IMG/VR virus record: IMGVR_UViG_3300018049_001835 | Direction: 5' to 3' (one strand) | Source of the DNA: an uncultured virus (IMG/VR IMGVR_UViG_3300018049_001835) | Lineage: Duplodnaviria > Heunggongvirae > Uroviricota > Caudoviricetes | DNA length: 64,000 nucleotides | Part shown: piece after piece, positions 20,706-30,873 of the stretch | Numbering within the stretch: position 1 is the first letter of the stretch | How the letters are laid out: each line of letters starts with the position of its first letter | The notes under the pieces: model-generated | Seen by the model: the letters and a program-made list of their open reading frames with translations, nothing else | What the model was told of the DNA's origin: nothing | Database searches by the model: none | Position numbers and translations under genes: made by a program

Positions 20706-21930
20706 TTAAATCTATTGTCCTTATAACTTTTTCAACTTTTGTATCAAATACTAGTACAGTTTGAAAACTCTCACTTTCTCCGTATGGAAAGGCATATATG
20801 ATATCGTTAATAATTACACATTGGTTATACTTTTCAATAGTAGTATTATCTGTAAAATATTTACTTACGTCTATGGTATAATGCTCTTCTGTGTTTGTGT
20901 CAATAACTAATATTTCTGCTAAGTCACCTTGGCTTTTCCATGTATCCTCTGGCTCGCAAACACATCCTCCTCTAGGGATATAGTATAACTTTCCTTTACT
21001 GTTCTCAACTCCGGCAAAATATTTTTTACTTTCTTTTCCAATGCCTAAATCTTTAACATACCATTCATCTGTCATACTGTTTATAACAAGCATTTCGCTC
21101 CAGTCCTCATCGTGGCCTGCTGGCGGAAAAAATATTTTACCATTTTTTGTTACAGTGTGTGAAAAATATTTTCTGCTAGTGCCTGTTTGTTTGGTTTGTA
21201 TATATTCCCAACCTTCTTTTCTAATTGCAAGAAGGTCAAATTCTTTATGTTCACAATACGGTGCTGCATACAATTTATCATTTGCTTTTGCAAGTGTTGT
21301 CCATTTTTTATTAGCATGTCTTACGTCTTTATAATCATATAGTATAGGCAACATATCTATTAATTTATAAGTACGATTAAAACAGTCGTATTCTATCCTT
21401 GAATTAAATGTATTTCCTAAGTTTTCTCCTCGAGGTAAACCGTAAATTATACCATCTAACATTTGGGTAGTATGCCATCTTTTTGTTTCATCAGGCAACG
21501 CTAAGTGTCTAGTAGTTACATTGTTAGTACGCATATCAATGTCTAGTACATAATTAAATGGTTCGTGCTCGCCGTACGGTAATGCTATAATGTGTCTGCC
21601 GTATATGTGACCTTGAATATATTTTCCTTGTCCTTTCTTTTCTAAATTTAAGTATTCTATGCTATCGTCATTAGTATCTAATACCAATATATTGCTTTCA
21701 TTGTATGGTAGGAAGTAAATTTTGTTTCTATGTACAATACCCTTTTGCCACTTTTCGGTAGTTGAGTCAACTAATAATGGTATTTTAGTAATTGAATGAT
21801 TAGTTGGATTGTACTTAATCATGTAGTCAACAGATTCAGTAAGGCCGTATGGCGCACAATAAATCATGTTGTTATTTCCAACAGTCGGGTAACTAAATGC
21901 TTGAGGGGTCAAATTTATCTCCAAATGCAC
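20695..21930 (-). CDS. beta-propeller repeat protein, paralog of 19563-20705
   Basis: Repeats APYG/LPYN/LPYG/LPRG/APYC/PPAG/IPRG/FPYG; exact start uncertain (GTG or TTG). Confidence 0.55.
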   Translation of the reverse strand: MHLEINLTPQAFSYPTVGNNNMIYCAPYGLTESVDYMIKYNPTNHSITKIPLLVDSTTEKWQKGIVHRNKIYFLPYNESNILVLDTNDDSIEYLNLEKKGQGKYIQGHIYGRHIIALPYGEHEPFNYVLDIDMRTNNVTTRHLALPDETKRWHTTQMLDGIIYGLPRGENLGNTFNSRIEYDCFNRTYKLIDMLPILYDYKDVRHANKKWTTLAKANDKLYAAPYCEHKEFDLLAIRKEGWEYIQTKQTGTSRKYFSHTVTKNGKIFFPPAGHDEDWSEMLVINSMTDEWYVKDLGIGKESKKYFAGVENSKGKLYYIPRGGCVCEPEDTWKSQGDLAEILVIDTNTEEHYTIDVSKYFTDNTTIEKYNQCVIINDIIYAFPYGESESFQTVLVFDTKVEKVIRTIDLNDV

Positions 21931-22348
21931 TACGTAAGTCTTTTTGCATTTTTTCTATAACTATATGTTTAGGATATACATTGCAATTATCCCAATCGAC
22001 CATATACATGTTTTCACCGTTAACAATTATATTACTTAATACCCAGTCGCCATGTACATAGGGTAAAGTCTGCTCAATATTTTCTAAACAAAATTTATAT
22101 ACTCTTTTTATAAATTCAGGTGTGTGTTCTAGTGTACTTGCTGGAACTCCATCTATTTCTTTTGTGTCTAACCACATAGAATCTTCGTTATGTCCGTAGT
22201 CTACAACATAGTTAGGAACAATACTGTTTAGCATTTTTACATGTTCATCTAGCCATATCATATCTACAAAATGCCATAGTTTTCTATAGTAACCATCGCC
22301 TTTGTAAACACTTCGCTTTTTTTGTTTATTTGTTTTAATTAAGTCCAT
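21893..22348 (-). CDS. minimal APH/choline-kinase-like phosphotransferase
   Basis: VHGDWVLSNII (HGDxxxxN) and MVDWD motifs. Confidence 0.7.
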   Translation of the reverse strand: MDLIKTNKQKKRSVYKGDGYYRKLWHFVDMIWLDEHVKMLNSIVPNYVVDYGHNEDSMWLDTKEIDGVPASTLEHTPEFIKRVYKFCLENIEQTLPYVHGDWVLSNIIVNGENMYMVDWDNCNVYPKHIVIEKMQKDLRSAFGDKFDPSSI

Positions 22349-23369
22349 ATGCTTTTGCTACCGGAGGTAGGTAATCCTTTATATACATTTTACGCCAGCT
22401 GTCTAACTTATTAATATTATATTTAAATTCTTCTTGTTTAAGTAGATTAGCAGGTTCATTCATCCATTTATCTACACCTTGAAATTGTGCTTTCAATTCG
22501 TCGGGTGCATTCTTAACATGTAACCAGTCGGGTGTCATGAGTAAATTTTCAAAGACGCTCCAATTACGCTTGTCTGCATATTCTTTTATATCATCATAGA
22601 ACCATGCATTTAAAATACTAATAGTTGGACTTATATCAACCTTACAAAAATCAGCCCAACGTTTTGCATTTTCTTCTGCTTCTTTCCATTTGGTGCCGTG
22701 CCTAATATAGTTTATGCGATCGTCAGTCGCATCTAAACTAAAACTCATAATTACCATATTAAATTTCCTAAGTAATTTTTCTAATTTAGGATTCCAAATT
22801 GTACAGTTAGTATTAAACCGTATAATTGTTTCTGGACTTAACCTTTCTAAAAAGCGTGGCAAATGTTTTACCATCATAGGTTCGCCGCCGGTCATATATA
22901 CTTCGTGTATTGGTAGATCAAGTAATTTATCAAATGCTTTGTCGTCAGCCCAATTAAAGTGTGGAACGTCTAATACGCCATGCAATGGTGTAACACCTGC
23001 TTGGTGCATAGCAACGGCTTCTTCTGCTATTGAACTAGAGCTCATGTGCCAGCAACTAATACATTTTAAATTACAACTATTGCCTAAACGTAAGTCTAAA
23101 TGGCTAAGTCCTGGACCGTATCTTCTTTCTTTTTGACGTTGACTTTGTAATCCGTGTTCTTCCATTTCTTTACAACGTCTACAAGCATCAGGCCATTCAC
23201 CTCTAGCCATTTGCTCTCTGATACCTCTATGGAATTCACTGTTGTGCCATTCTTGTGGTGTATGTGTTTTGATATTGTATTCGCCTTCGGGTTCTAAGCT
23301 CATACAGCATAATCTATATGATCCGTTGGTGCCAACATTGATTTGATTATCAAGATATTTGCATCTCAC
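22335..23369 (-). CDS. radical SAM protein with N-terminal SPASM/twitch
   Basis: LCC..CRRC; CNLKCISC; TGGEPM; GTG start with AAGGAG. Confidence 0.85.
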   Translation of the reverse strand: MRCKYLDNQINVGTNGSYRLCCMSLEPEGEYNIKTHTPQEWHNSEFHRGIREQMARGEWPDACRRCKEMEEHGLQSQRQKERRYGPGLSHLDLRLGNSCNLKCISCWHMSSSSIAEEAVAMHQAGVTPLHGVLDVPHFNWADDKAFDKLLDLPIHEVYMTGGEPMMVKHLPRFLERLSPETIIRFNTNCTIWNPKLEKLLRKFNMVIMSFSLDATDDRINYIRHGTKWKEAEENAKRWADFCKVDISPTISILNAWFYDDIKEYADKRNWSVFENLLMTPDWLHVKNAPDELKAQFQGVDKWMNEPANLLKQEEFKYNINKLDSWRKMYIKDYLPPVAKAYGLN

Positions 23370-23395
23370 GACTAAACATACTCCTTAAAAACTAG

Positions 23396-23411
23396 CATAA
23401 GTATATTTAAC
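23396..23411. promoter_or_regulatory. divergent late-promoter-like motifs
   Basis: CATAAGTA on + (23396-23403) abuts GTTAAATA on - (23404-23411) in the divergent gap. Confidence 0.4.
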
Positions 23412-23437
23412 AACACGGGGTAAAGAAAAAAGTAAAC

Positions 23438-24136
23438 ATGAATGCTGAATTAGAGAAATATTTGTCCGAAAATGATAAGCAAATAGACATAATATATCCA
23501 GAACAATTCGATCCTAAATGGGTTGTAATGGAAAGCGGCTGGCCGTGTTTTAGATTAAGTGCATTAGATAATCAACCTTGGAAAGAAATGTATGCAGAAG
23601 CAGAAGCACTTGTAGATAAGTTTCATGTACACAGAGATGAATACGGCGAAGGCTGGAAAAGTCTAACACTACACGGACTAAATGAAGACACCCAAACATT
23701 GAATAGTTATGGTGATAGACAAGAATCAATTAAACAGTTAGATTGGACTTGGGTAGCAGATGAATGTCCAGTAACAAAAAAGTTTTTAACTGATGTATGG
23801 CCAGCGGAATTTTTAAATCGTGTAAGGTTTATGTTACTCGAACCAGGTGGATATATTCTTCCACACCAAGATAGAGCAGATGAAGAAAAGCGTTTAAGTG
23901 TTTGTAATATTAGTTTGAACAATCCTGAAGGTTGTAGATTTGTTTTTAAAGATCATGGCAGAGTTCCATTTGATAATAATGGTAGTGCATTCCTAATGGA
24001 TATATCTAATGTACATGCTGTATATAATAACAGCGATAAGCCAAGAATACATATGATCATACACTATGAACTTGGCAGACGCATTAGAGATTTTTTCTAT
24101 GTCTTAAGAGAAAGTTACTATACTAATAGAGGGTAA
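23438..24136 (+). CDS. Asp/Asn beta-hydroxylase-like 2OG-Fe(II) oxygenase
   Basis: RVRFMLLEPGGYILPHQD ... NVHAVYNNSDKPRIH. Confidence 0.85.
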   Translation: MNAELEKYLSENDKQIDIIYPEQFDPKWVVMESGWPCFRLSALDNQPWKEMYAEAEALVDKFHVHRDEYGEGWKSLTLHGLNEDTQTLNSYGDRQESIKQLDWTWVADECPVTKKFLTDVWPAEFLNRVRFMLLEPGGYILPHQDRADEEKRLSVCNISLNNPEGCRFVFKDHGRVPFDNNGSAFLMDISNVHAVYNNSDKPRIHMIIHYELGRRIRDFFYVLRESYYTNRG

Positions 24137-24137
24137 A

Positions 24138-25607
24138 ATGAAAGACTGGAATAGTATTACTATTGATCGTTATTACGAAGATCTAAAAATTGATAACAGA
24201 GTAGGAATTGGCATACTCAATATTAATCGTGACATAGATAATAAGTGGTTACAAAAAAGATGTTTTGATATGACCTATTTTTATATTAATCGTATGATTA
24301 AAATGGGCATGTGTAGTTATGTAGGATTTCATAAAACTGTTGAAGAAATATTAGAACAAAGTCTTCAAAAAGATAAAGAATTTGCAATGATTGCATGTCA
24401 AGGACTACTTTTATTTAGAGGCCCTAGTTTAATAACTCAAAGTTTAAATTACTATGATAACAATAAAGACTTCTTTGCAATAGGTCATATAATGGACAAA
24501 GAAGCACAAACAGGAATTCAAGGTTCGTATCCTGGGTTACATAGACAATATCTATTTGTTAATTTACAAAAATGGGTAGAACTTGGCAAGCCGAAGTTTG
24601 ATGAAATGGGCGTATTTAAGGATAGAAAGCCTTTACTACAAAATTACAAACTTAGTGAAAATACAGTACACAGTCATTATACTCCTGAATGGATAGGTCC
24701 TGCAGACAACGCACAAGAAAGCCATATTGAAATTACAGCAGATGGAAGCAACTGGATAGATATTGCTATACGAGCAGGCATAAGAATAGATAATTTAACA
24801 AATGACATGCGTGATTGTAAAGTATTTTTATATCCATATGAGAATACACAGCAACTTGCAAATGCATGGCTTAACAAAGATCAAGATGATGGACTAAACC
24901 AAAGTCAAGCGGCTTGGATACGCAAACTTGGCTATCAAGAATTTATAGAAAAGGATAGAGTATACGCATTTAACACAGAAACACTATCAGGTGAAGGTGT
25001 AAGAACAGATGGTAAATTAATTGATCATTTGTTTAGTGCAGCCGCTGGATTTAAGCCACTTGCTATACTAAACTCGAACGGTTTTCATAAAGACACTACA
25101 GTAAATTATTTTGATTGGTGTGAAGCAAGTTTAAATTACAAAAAACATTTGCTAGAAACTTGGGATGGATATGATTTAGACAAATGGTTATTAGAGCATG
25201 ATCTCAGTTATAACTTTAGTAGTACTTACAGAGGAAACTATAAAAAGTTTTGGGAACAAGAAGTTAAAGAACATGGGGGTAGAGAAGCGTTTAAAGAGTT
25301 ATGGGATAGATACAGACAACTAAAACATACCTTTAACGTAGTAGACATAGTGACCCAACCTAACCAGTTATTTGAGCTAATAAATACTGTACAAGGAACA
25401 AAAGTACTGTGGACTACAAACATTTGGTCAAGCGAAATGCTACAATGGAATGTAGAACCAGAACAACTTGAACAGCATTGGTTTAAATTTGAAGAAATGA
25501 TTCCGGAAGACTTAGTGCTATATGGGCATGACTATGTCGCAATGGATATGAGAGAAAGGTTAAGAAATGGAAAACGCACAACACACCCAAGATTCGAGAA
25601 TAATTAA
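24138..25607 (+). CDS. hypothetical protein (possible two-domain transferase)
   Basis: 489 aa ORF in the oxygenase operon; no motif confidently recognised. Confidence 0.6.
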   Translation: MKDWNSITIDRYYEDLKIDNRVGIGILNINRDIDNKWLQKRCFDMTYFYINRMIKMGMCSYVGFHKTVEEILEQSLQKDKEFAMIACQGLLLFRGPSLITQSLNYYDNNKDFFAIGHIMDKEAQTGIQGSYPGLHRQYLFVNLQKWVELGKPKFDEMGVFKDRKPLLQNYKLSENTVHSHYTPEWIGPADNAQESHIEITADGSNWIDIAIRAGIRIDNLTNDMRDCKVFLYPYENTQQLANAWLNKDQDDGLNQSQAAWIRKLGYQEFIEKDRVYAFNTETLSGEGVRTDGKLIDHLFSAAAGFKPLAILNSNGFHKDTTVNYFDWCEASLNYKKHLLETWDGYDLDKWLLEHDLSYNFSSTYRGNYKKFWEQEVKEHGGREAFKELWDRYRQLKHTFNVVDIVTQPNQLFELINTVQGTKVLWTTNIWSSEMLQWNVEPEQLEQHWFKFEEMIPEDLVLYGHDYVAMDMRERLRNGKRTTHPRFENN

Positions 25608-26316
25608 AAACTACGATCCTGATAATCATGGCTTAACGCACGACTTCTTATATAATAGTAACGATTGGGATATAATTGAACTAAATTATAACGTAGATGT
25701 CGAAAGTCTAAAAGCATGGTGGACTGACGTTAAAGAAAATTTTGATTACATGTTGTTTAACTTTAACAAGATGTCCGAAAAACTTAATTTAGAAAAAAGT
25801 AAAGAAATGGTAGAGCAAGGGTATTGCGGTTACTATTGCGGACCAATTGATGGTGTAACTTTAGCATGGCCTATAGAACGTTACGAAGCACTGCCTCCTC
25901 CAGCACAGTGTAATGCTGAAATGTATCCTGAAGTAGATTATGATAACTTTATTAACGATGCAAAAATTATGCCTAAATTACAATTTGGCTATTTCAAACA
26001 GTTAGTAGAAGAATTAGGATCAGATGCATTTAGACAAGCGATTGTTACTAGACATCATCCAGGTATGTATATACGTCAACATATAGATAGTAAAGTACTT
26101 AAATTACATATTCCAATAGAAAGCAACAAAAACAGTTTTTTCCATTTCGGAGAAAATAAAGAACGTTCGTATCATATGAAAGAAGGTAAAGCATATATTC
26201 TTAACACTGGAGATTGGCATGGAACTACTAACGAAAGTGACGACTATAGATCTCATATAATTACAAGGGTAACAGAAGACCATATTTTAAATGTAATAGG
26301 AATGACTAATGGATAA
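25567..26316 (+). CDS. Asp/Asn beta-hydroxylase-like 2OG-Fe(II) oxygenase
   Basis: IRQHID..LHIPI..WHGTTN..RSH. Confidence 0.8.
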   Translation: MENAQHTQDSRIIKNYDPDNHGLTHDFLYNSNDWDIIELNYNVDVESLKAWWTDVKENFDYMLFNFNKMSEKLNLEKSKEMVEQGYCGYYCGPIDGVTLAWPIERYEALPPPAQCNAEMYPEVDYDNFINDAKIMPKLQFGYFKQLVEELGSDAFRQAIVTRHHPGMYIRQHIDSKVLKLHIPIESNKNSFFHFGENKERSYHMKEGKAYILNTGDWHGTTNESDDYRSHIITRVTEDHILNVIGMTNG

Positions 26317-27052
26317 AGTTCTAAAACCTTCTCAAGTTGACCTGTCAGTTTTAGAAAGTTTAGAATGGGACATTATTATATTAGATAAAAAAATAGCTAT
26401 AAAAAATTTACAATATTGGTATAATATTGTTACATCTAACTTAGATTATTTAAAATTTAATTTTCAAACATGTTCTGAGTACATAAAAGAATCTGTCAAT
26501 AATAAATTTACTACCGATACAAATGATTACGAATGGGAACGTAACAAAACATATGAAGCATTAATTAACTCGTGGACATTAACTTGGCCAACTCACAGAG
26601 ATGTACCCCTTCCGCCTCCTTGGGCTGCTGACGTAGAATTTTTTACAGAATTAAAAAGTTACTTTGATAATGACGGTAATGTTGTAAAAGATTTTGATTA
26701 TAATGATAATACATATCTTACCCAATATAATTTTGGAGAATGGAAATCTATAGTAGAAGAAATAGGCAACTATATTTACAATCCACGAATAACGCAACAC
26801 ATGCCTGAGCATATACTTCATCCGCATACAGACGGATACTGTGCTAGATTACATATTCCTATGACATATGACAATAGTAAATTTTATTGGGGAGAAAAAT
26901 GGAATAGAGAATATAACTTTGAACCAGGAAATGTTTATATTATAAATTCAAGAGTTACACATTCTACTACAAACTTTAGTCCAACAGCAAGGGCAAATAT
27001 TATTTCAGATATACGCAATGATAAATTTATGGATTTAGTTAATTGGAAATGA
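26309..27052 (+). CDS. Asp/Asn beta-hydroxylase-like 2OG-Fe(II) oxygenase
   Basis: LHPHTD..RLHIP..THSTTN..R. Confidence 0.8.
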   Translation: MDKVLKPSQVDLSVLESLEWDIIILDKKIAIKNLQYWYNIVTSNLDYLKFNFQTCSEYIKESVNNKFTTDTNDYEWERNKTYEALINSWTLTWPTHRDVPLPPPWAADVEFFTELKSYFDNDGNVVKDFDYNDNTYLTQYNFGEWKSIVEEIGNYIYNPRITQHMPEHILHPHTDGYCARLHIPMTYDNSKFYWGEKWNREYNFEPGNVYIINSRVTHSTTNFSPTARANIISDIRNDKFMDLVNWK

Positions 27053-27696
27053 AGAGATATATAGAAGAGCATCAAACAGTTGATCTAGGATTTGACGTTA
27101 AACGTATATTTTGTGTTGATGTCAAAAAGTTACAGGATTGGTATAATGATCTACAAGAAAATTATAAAGATTGGAAATTTGTTGTAGGAGAAAATCATCA
27201 TGTGTGGCAGTTTCCAATTAGTGACCCTACTGGGGAGACTGGACATATTATACCAGACGAAACTGGTTATTATACGTTATGCTGGAATAGTGACGAAGAA
27301 GGTCCTAAACCTTTTGAGCAAGGTTGTGCAAAACCGGAGTATAGGGATAATGATAATGATGAATTAAATCCTAGAAAATGTTTTACAGGATACGGATTAG
27401 AGCTTGTTAAAAGTCTACCCTTTCGTAGTAAAAAATGGTTAGTAACTGAGCATGTAACTGGAACTAAATTAATTACACATCAAGACAGTCCAGATAAAAT
27501 TAGGGTACATATTCCTATACACACTAACAAAGATAGTAATTGGATTATAAACGGTAAAGAATATCACATGGAACCAGGTTGGGCATATCTTGTAAACACA
27601 ACACTTCCTCATAGTGTTGAAAACAAAGGTACAACAGACAGAGTACATCTTTATGGTAAAGTGTGGATCGAGGACGTAAAAGCATGGTTAATGTAA
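27043..27696 (+). CDS. Asp/Asn beta-hydroxylase-like 2OG-Fe(II) oxygenase
   Basis: ITHQD..RVHIPI..PHSVENKGTTDRVH. Confidence 0.85.
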   Translation: MEMKRYIEEHQTVDLGFDVKRIFCVDVKKLQDWYNDLQENYKDWKFVVGENHHVWQFPISDPTGETGHIIPDETGYYTLCWNSDEEGPKPFEQGCAKPEYRDNDNDELNPRKCFTGYGLELVKSLPFRSKKWLVTEHVTGTKLITHQDSPDKIRVHIPIHTNKDSNWIINGKEYHMEPGWAYLVNTTLPHSVENKGTTDRVHLYGKVWIEDVKAWLM

Positions 27697-28109
27697 AAAC
27701 ATATGCAATGAAAGATATGCACCCTATACCTAACAACGAATATCTTATTGGTATACACAGTAATGGTAATTGGATACATTCTGAGCCTGTTATGGCAGAT
27801 GCAGATAATGTTTTAAATTTAAAATTTGAAGATGTTGAAAAAACAGGATTAAAAGCAATACAATGGTACAATAACACACAACGAATAATACATGCCACAG
27901 CATGTAGCGATAAACAAGCAGAACAAATTATAAGTTTTATACGCAAAATACCAGAGGGTGCTACATTACATGTATATTGTGCAAAAGGACAATCGAGAAG
28001 TGTTGCTGTTGCCAACTATGTTAAAAAGTATTATAATAACGAAACAATAGATGACAGAGGTCATAACAAACATGTTTATAGTCTATTAGAAAGGTATCAT
28101 GATGTTTGA
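27663..28109 (+). CDS. Cys-dependent (PTP/dual-specificity-like) phosphatase
   Basis: LHVYCAKGQSRS CX5R motif; FED loop; start may be the downstream ATG (MVNVK). Confidence 0.75.
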   Translation: MDRGRKSMVNVKTYAMKDMHPIPNNEYLIGIHSNGNWIHSEPVMADADNVLNLKFEDVEKTGLKAIQWYNNTQRIIHATACSDKQAEQIISFIRKIPEGATLHVYCAKGQSRSVAVANYVKKYYNNETIDDRGHNKHVYSLLERYHDV

Positions 28110-29274
28110 TTTTGATATTAAAGAATTACCTAACTTTAAATTTTCGTTGCAAGAACTAAAAGACTATTATGCTAAAGTATCTCAGTATGACAACTTAAAG
28201 TGGCAACCAGATAGTACAAATACATTAGATCACAAAGTAAACAATGTATACAGTTGGGCTATACAAAGTAATTTAAAAGACACTACAAAGCCTTGTCCGC
28301 CATATGACATTAAACATGACAGTGAAGTATTAGGTACGTTTGATAATCCTACTGAGCTTGTATTTGGGTTTGGCAAGTATATTGTAGATGCAATACCTGA
28401 TATTAGACAAACAGTTATAAGTGCCCACCCACCTGATACAGTTATACAACAACATATAGATAATACTGAGTTTGTAAAAGTGCATATACCTATACAAACG
28501 AATAATCAAAGTTATTTTGTATTTGGTGATTCAAAGTATAATTTGCAAGAAGGTAAAGCATATCTTATTAATACTACTAATCAACATGGTACAATTAATC
28601 AAGGCGACACAGACAGAGTACATTTAATATTTAAAATACCTGTAGACAATGTAGATGAATTACTTAATACAGAGTGGATATTAGATCCAGCTCAAATAAA
28701 TTTTGATTGCAAAAAAATAGAAAATGTAAAATTTAATTTTGATGAACTTAAAGAATACTATAATGACCTTGTAGATAATTTTGATTACCTAAAATGGACA
28801 ATGCCCGAAGTTCCAGGAACTAATCTAAAAGGATTATACGGATACGCTATATTAACTAATTGCGAAAATGTAGACGAACGTCCATTGCCTCCAGGTATGC
28901 GTAAAGACAAGAAAGCATTTGATCCTATTATAAAGCCTACTAAGATGCTCAAAGGTTTTGCTAAAAAACTATACGATCAGATTCCTTATATAGAAGAATT
29001 AGTTATTACTGGGCATCCTGAAAATTCTGGAATACCGCCTCACGCAGATAAAGACGAGCATGTAAGAGTACATATTCCGTTGTATGCTAATAACGATTCG
29101 CATTTTATTATTGATCAACACCCGTATGTATTAGAACCTAATAATGTTTACATTGTAAATACAAAACGTATACACACTACGATTAACAAAGGTTCTACAG
29201 ATAGAATCCATTTACATTTTAAAATACCCATAGGAAAAATAAATATTTTTTTAAGGACACAAATAAACGTATGA
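28099..29274 (+). CDS. tandem two-domain Asp/Asn beta-hydroxylase-like oxygenase
   Basis: QQHID..QHGTINQGDTDRVH and PPHAD..IHTTINKGSTDRIH. Confidence 0.85.
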   Translation: MMFDFDIKELPNFKFSLQELKDYYAKVSQYDNLKWQPDSTNTLDHKVNNVYSWAIQSNLKDTTKPCPPYDIKHDSEVLGTFDNPTELVFGFGKYIVDAIPDIRQTVISAHPPDTVIQQHIDNTEFVKVHIPIQTNNQSYFVFGDSKYNLQEGKAYLINTTNQHGTINQGDTDRVHLIFKIPVDNVDELLNTEWILDPAQINFDCKKIENVKFNFDELKEYYNDLVDNFDYLKWTMPEVPGTNLKGLYGYAILTNCENVDERPLPPGMRKDKKAFDPIIKPTKMLKGFAKKLYDQIPYIEELVITGHPENSGIPPHADKDEHVRVHIPLYANNDSHFIIDQHPYVLEPNNVYIVNTKRIHTTINKGSTDRIHLHFKIPIGKINIFLRTQINV

Positions 29275-30377
29275 ATATAATTATTGTAGGCGGCGGAACA
29301 GCAGGTTGGATGACAGCCTCATATCTTTCTAAAAAGACCGACTGGGATATTACAGTTATCCAAAGTCAAGATATACCTATAATAGGTGTAGGTGAAAGTA
29401 CACTGCCTAGCATGTATGACTTTATACATGATTGCGGATTAACTGAGCAAGACTTATTTGATAATTGTGATGCGGTTCGTAAGTATACAATTAAACATAA
29501 AAATTGGCACGGCGAAAGTTGGTTTCATCATTTTTGTTTTGATGAAACAGAACACGACGAGCAAATGCATTGGATGGAAAACTACGAGTTACCAGATAAA
29601 AAATGGCGTCATGCATATCATATAGATGCAAATAAATTTGGTATTATGTTGCGTGATAAAGTAGCATTGCCAAATGGTGTTAAATTAGAAACACGTACAT
29701 TAGATACTATTGATGATTTACAAGCTGACTTAATTATTAATTGTACAGGATTTAATAAATTATTTCCTAAAAGAGAAATGGTTAGTACACGCCTTAAAAA
29801 TAATTGTGCTGTAGTAGCACCTAGTTATGATAAAGAGCTAAAGTACTATACAGAAACAACTGCCATGAGTAATGGTTGGATGTGGAACATTTATTTACAA
29901 AACCGCATTGGTAATGGTTACGTGTTTAGCACTGAACATCAAACAGTTGAAGATGCTAAACGCGAGTTTATCGAAAAGTGTCCGTATACTCTTGAATTAG
30001 ACAAAATGCGAGTATTACATTGGGAAAGTAAATATTGTCCAACACCATATCAAGATAATATACTAAACATAGGGTTAAGTGCTGGATTTATTGAACCTTT
30101 AGAAGCACAAGCAATTTGGTTAATACAGTATCAAATTGAAATGCTAGTTAAATTATATGGTAAACAAAAAGTTTACAATAGACAATATGTTAAGGTTGTA
30201 AAACATATTGAAGATTTTCTTGCACTACATTATGAAGCAACAAGTAAGAATACGCCCTATTGGCAAAATCAAGTAAAAGAAATTGAGATTAAAAAGAAAC
30301 CTTTTACTATCTTTGATGAATATAGTTTTAGGTGTTTAGCGAACGGCTACGCTCTTCCATATACTTTGAAACATTAA
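29271..30377 (+). CDS. flavin-dependent tryptophan-halogenase-family protein
   Basis: GGGTAGW, IGVGEST, GWMWNI (WxWxI), GFIEPLEA. Confidence 0.85.
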   Translation: MNIIIVGGGTAGWMTASYLSKKTDWDITVIQSQDIPIIGVGESTLPSMYDFIHDCGLTEQDLFDNCDAVRKYTIKHKNWHGESWFHHFCFDETEHDEQMHWMENYELPDKKWRHAYHIDANKFGIMLRDKVALPNGVKLETRTLDTIDDLQADLIINCTGFNKLFPKREMVSTRLKNNCAVVAPSYDKELKYYTETTAMSNGWMWNIYLQNRIGNGYVFSTEHQTVEDAKREFIEKCPYTLELDKMRVLHWESKYCPTPYQDNILNIGLSAGFIEPLEAQAIWLIQYQIEMLVKLYGKQKVYNRQYVKVVKHIEDFLALHYEATSKNTPYWQNQVKEIEIKKKPFTIFDEYSFRCLANGYALPYTLKH

Positions 30378-30873
30378 TACGCCACAAGTTCTGCGGAACA
30401 TTGTACAACTCCATCTTACGATCTAAAGTCCAAATTCCTGTTTTAGCAAGCATTGGCATAATAGTATTATTCATACGTTGGCTTTTGCCACCGTCGTTGT
30501 TGATGTTAGTACTAATATAAAGTTGTGCGTTAGGATTTTTAGTTGCCCAATCAATCTGTATAGGCAATAGATAACTTAAATGTATTCCAGTTTTAAATAT
30601 ATTTCTACCAGTGCCTAACGTGTAGCCTGGTAATTGTGCGCCTCTAAATAATAGTCTATAGGCATTAGGTGATACTTCAGGAAGTTCGTGTGCGCCAGCA
30701 ATACTTACAATACGTTCTTGGTCAAATGCTGCACACCAAAACGGGCACCAGTCCCATTTCATTTTTTCTAAAGAAGTGTTGTTGCTATAAGACTGAGAAT
30801 TACAAAATATCTCAACAGCATCTCTGTCATTTTTAGATAATGTTCTAAACGTCAGTCTTCCAAGTTTTTCCAT
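30328..30873 (-). CDS. hypothetical protein, possibly GNAT acyltransferase
   Basis: 181 aa; YRLLFRGAQLPGY resembles GNAT motif A only weakly. Confidence 0.45.
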   Translation of the reverse strand: MEKLGRLTFRTLSKNDRDAVEIFCNSQSYSNNTSLEKMKWDWCPFWCAAFDQERIVSIAGAHELPEVSPNAYRLLFRGAQLPGYTLGTGRNIFKTGIHLSYLLPIQIDWATKNPNAQLYISTNINNDGGKSQRMNNTIMPMLAKTGIWTLDRKMELYNVPQNLWRINVSKYMEERSRSLNT

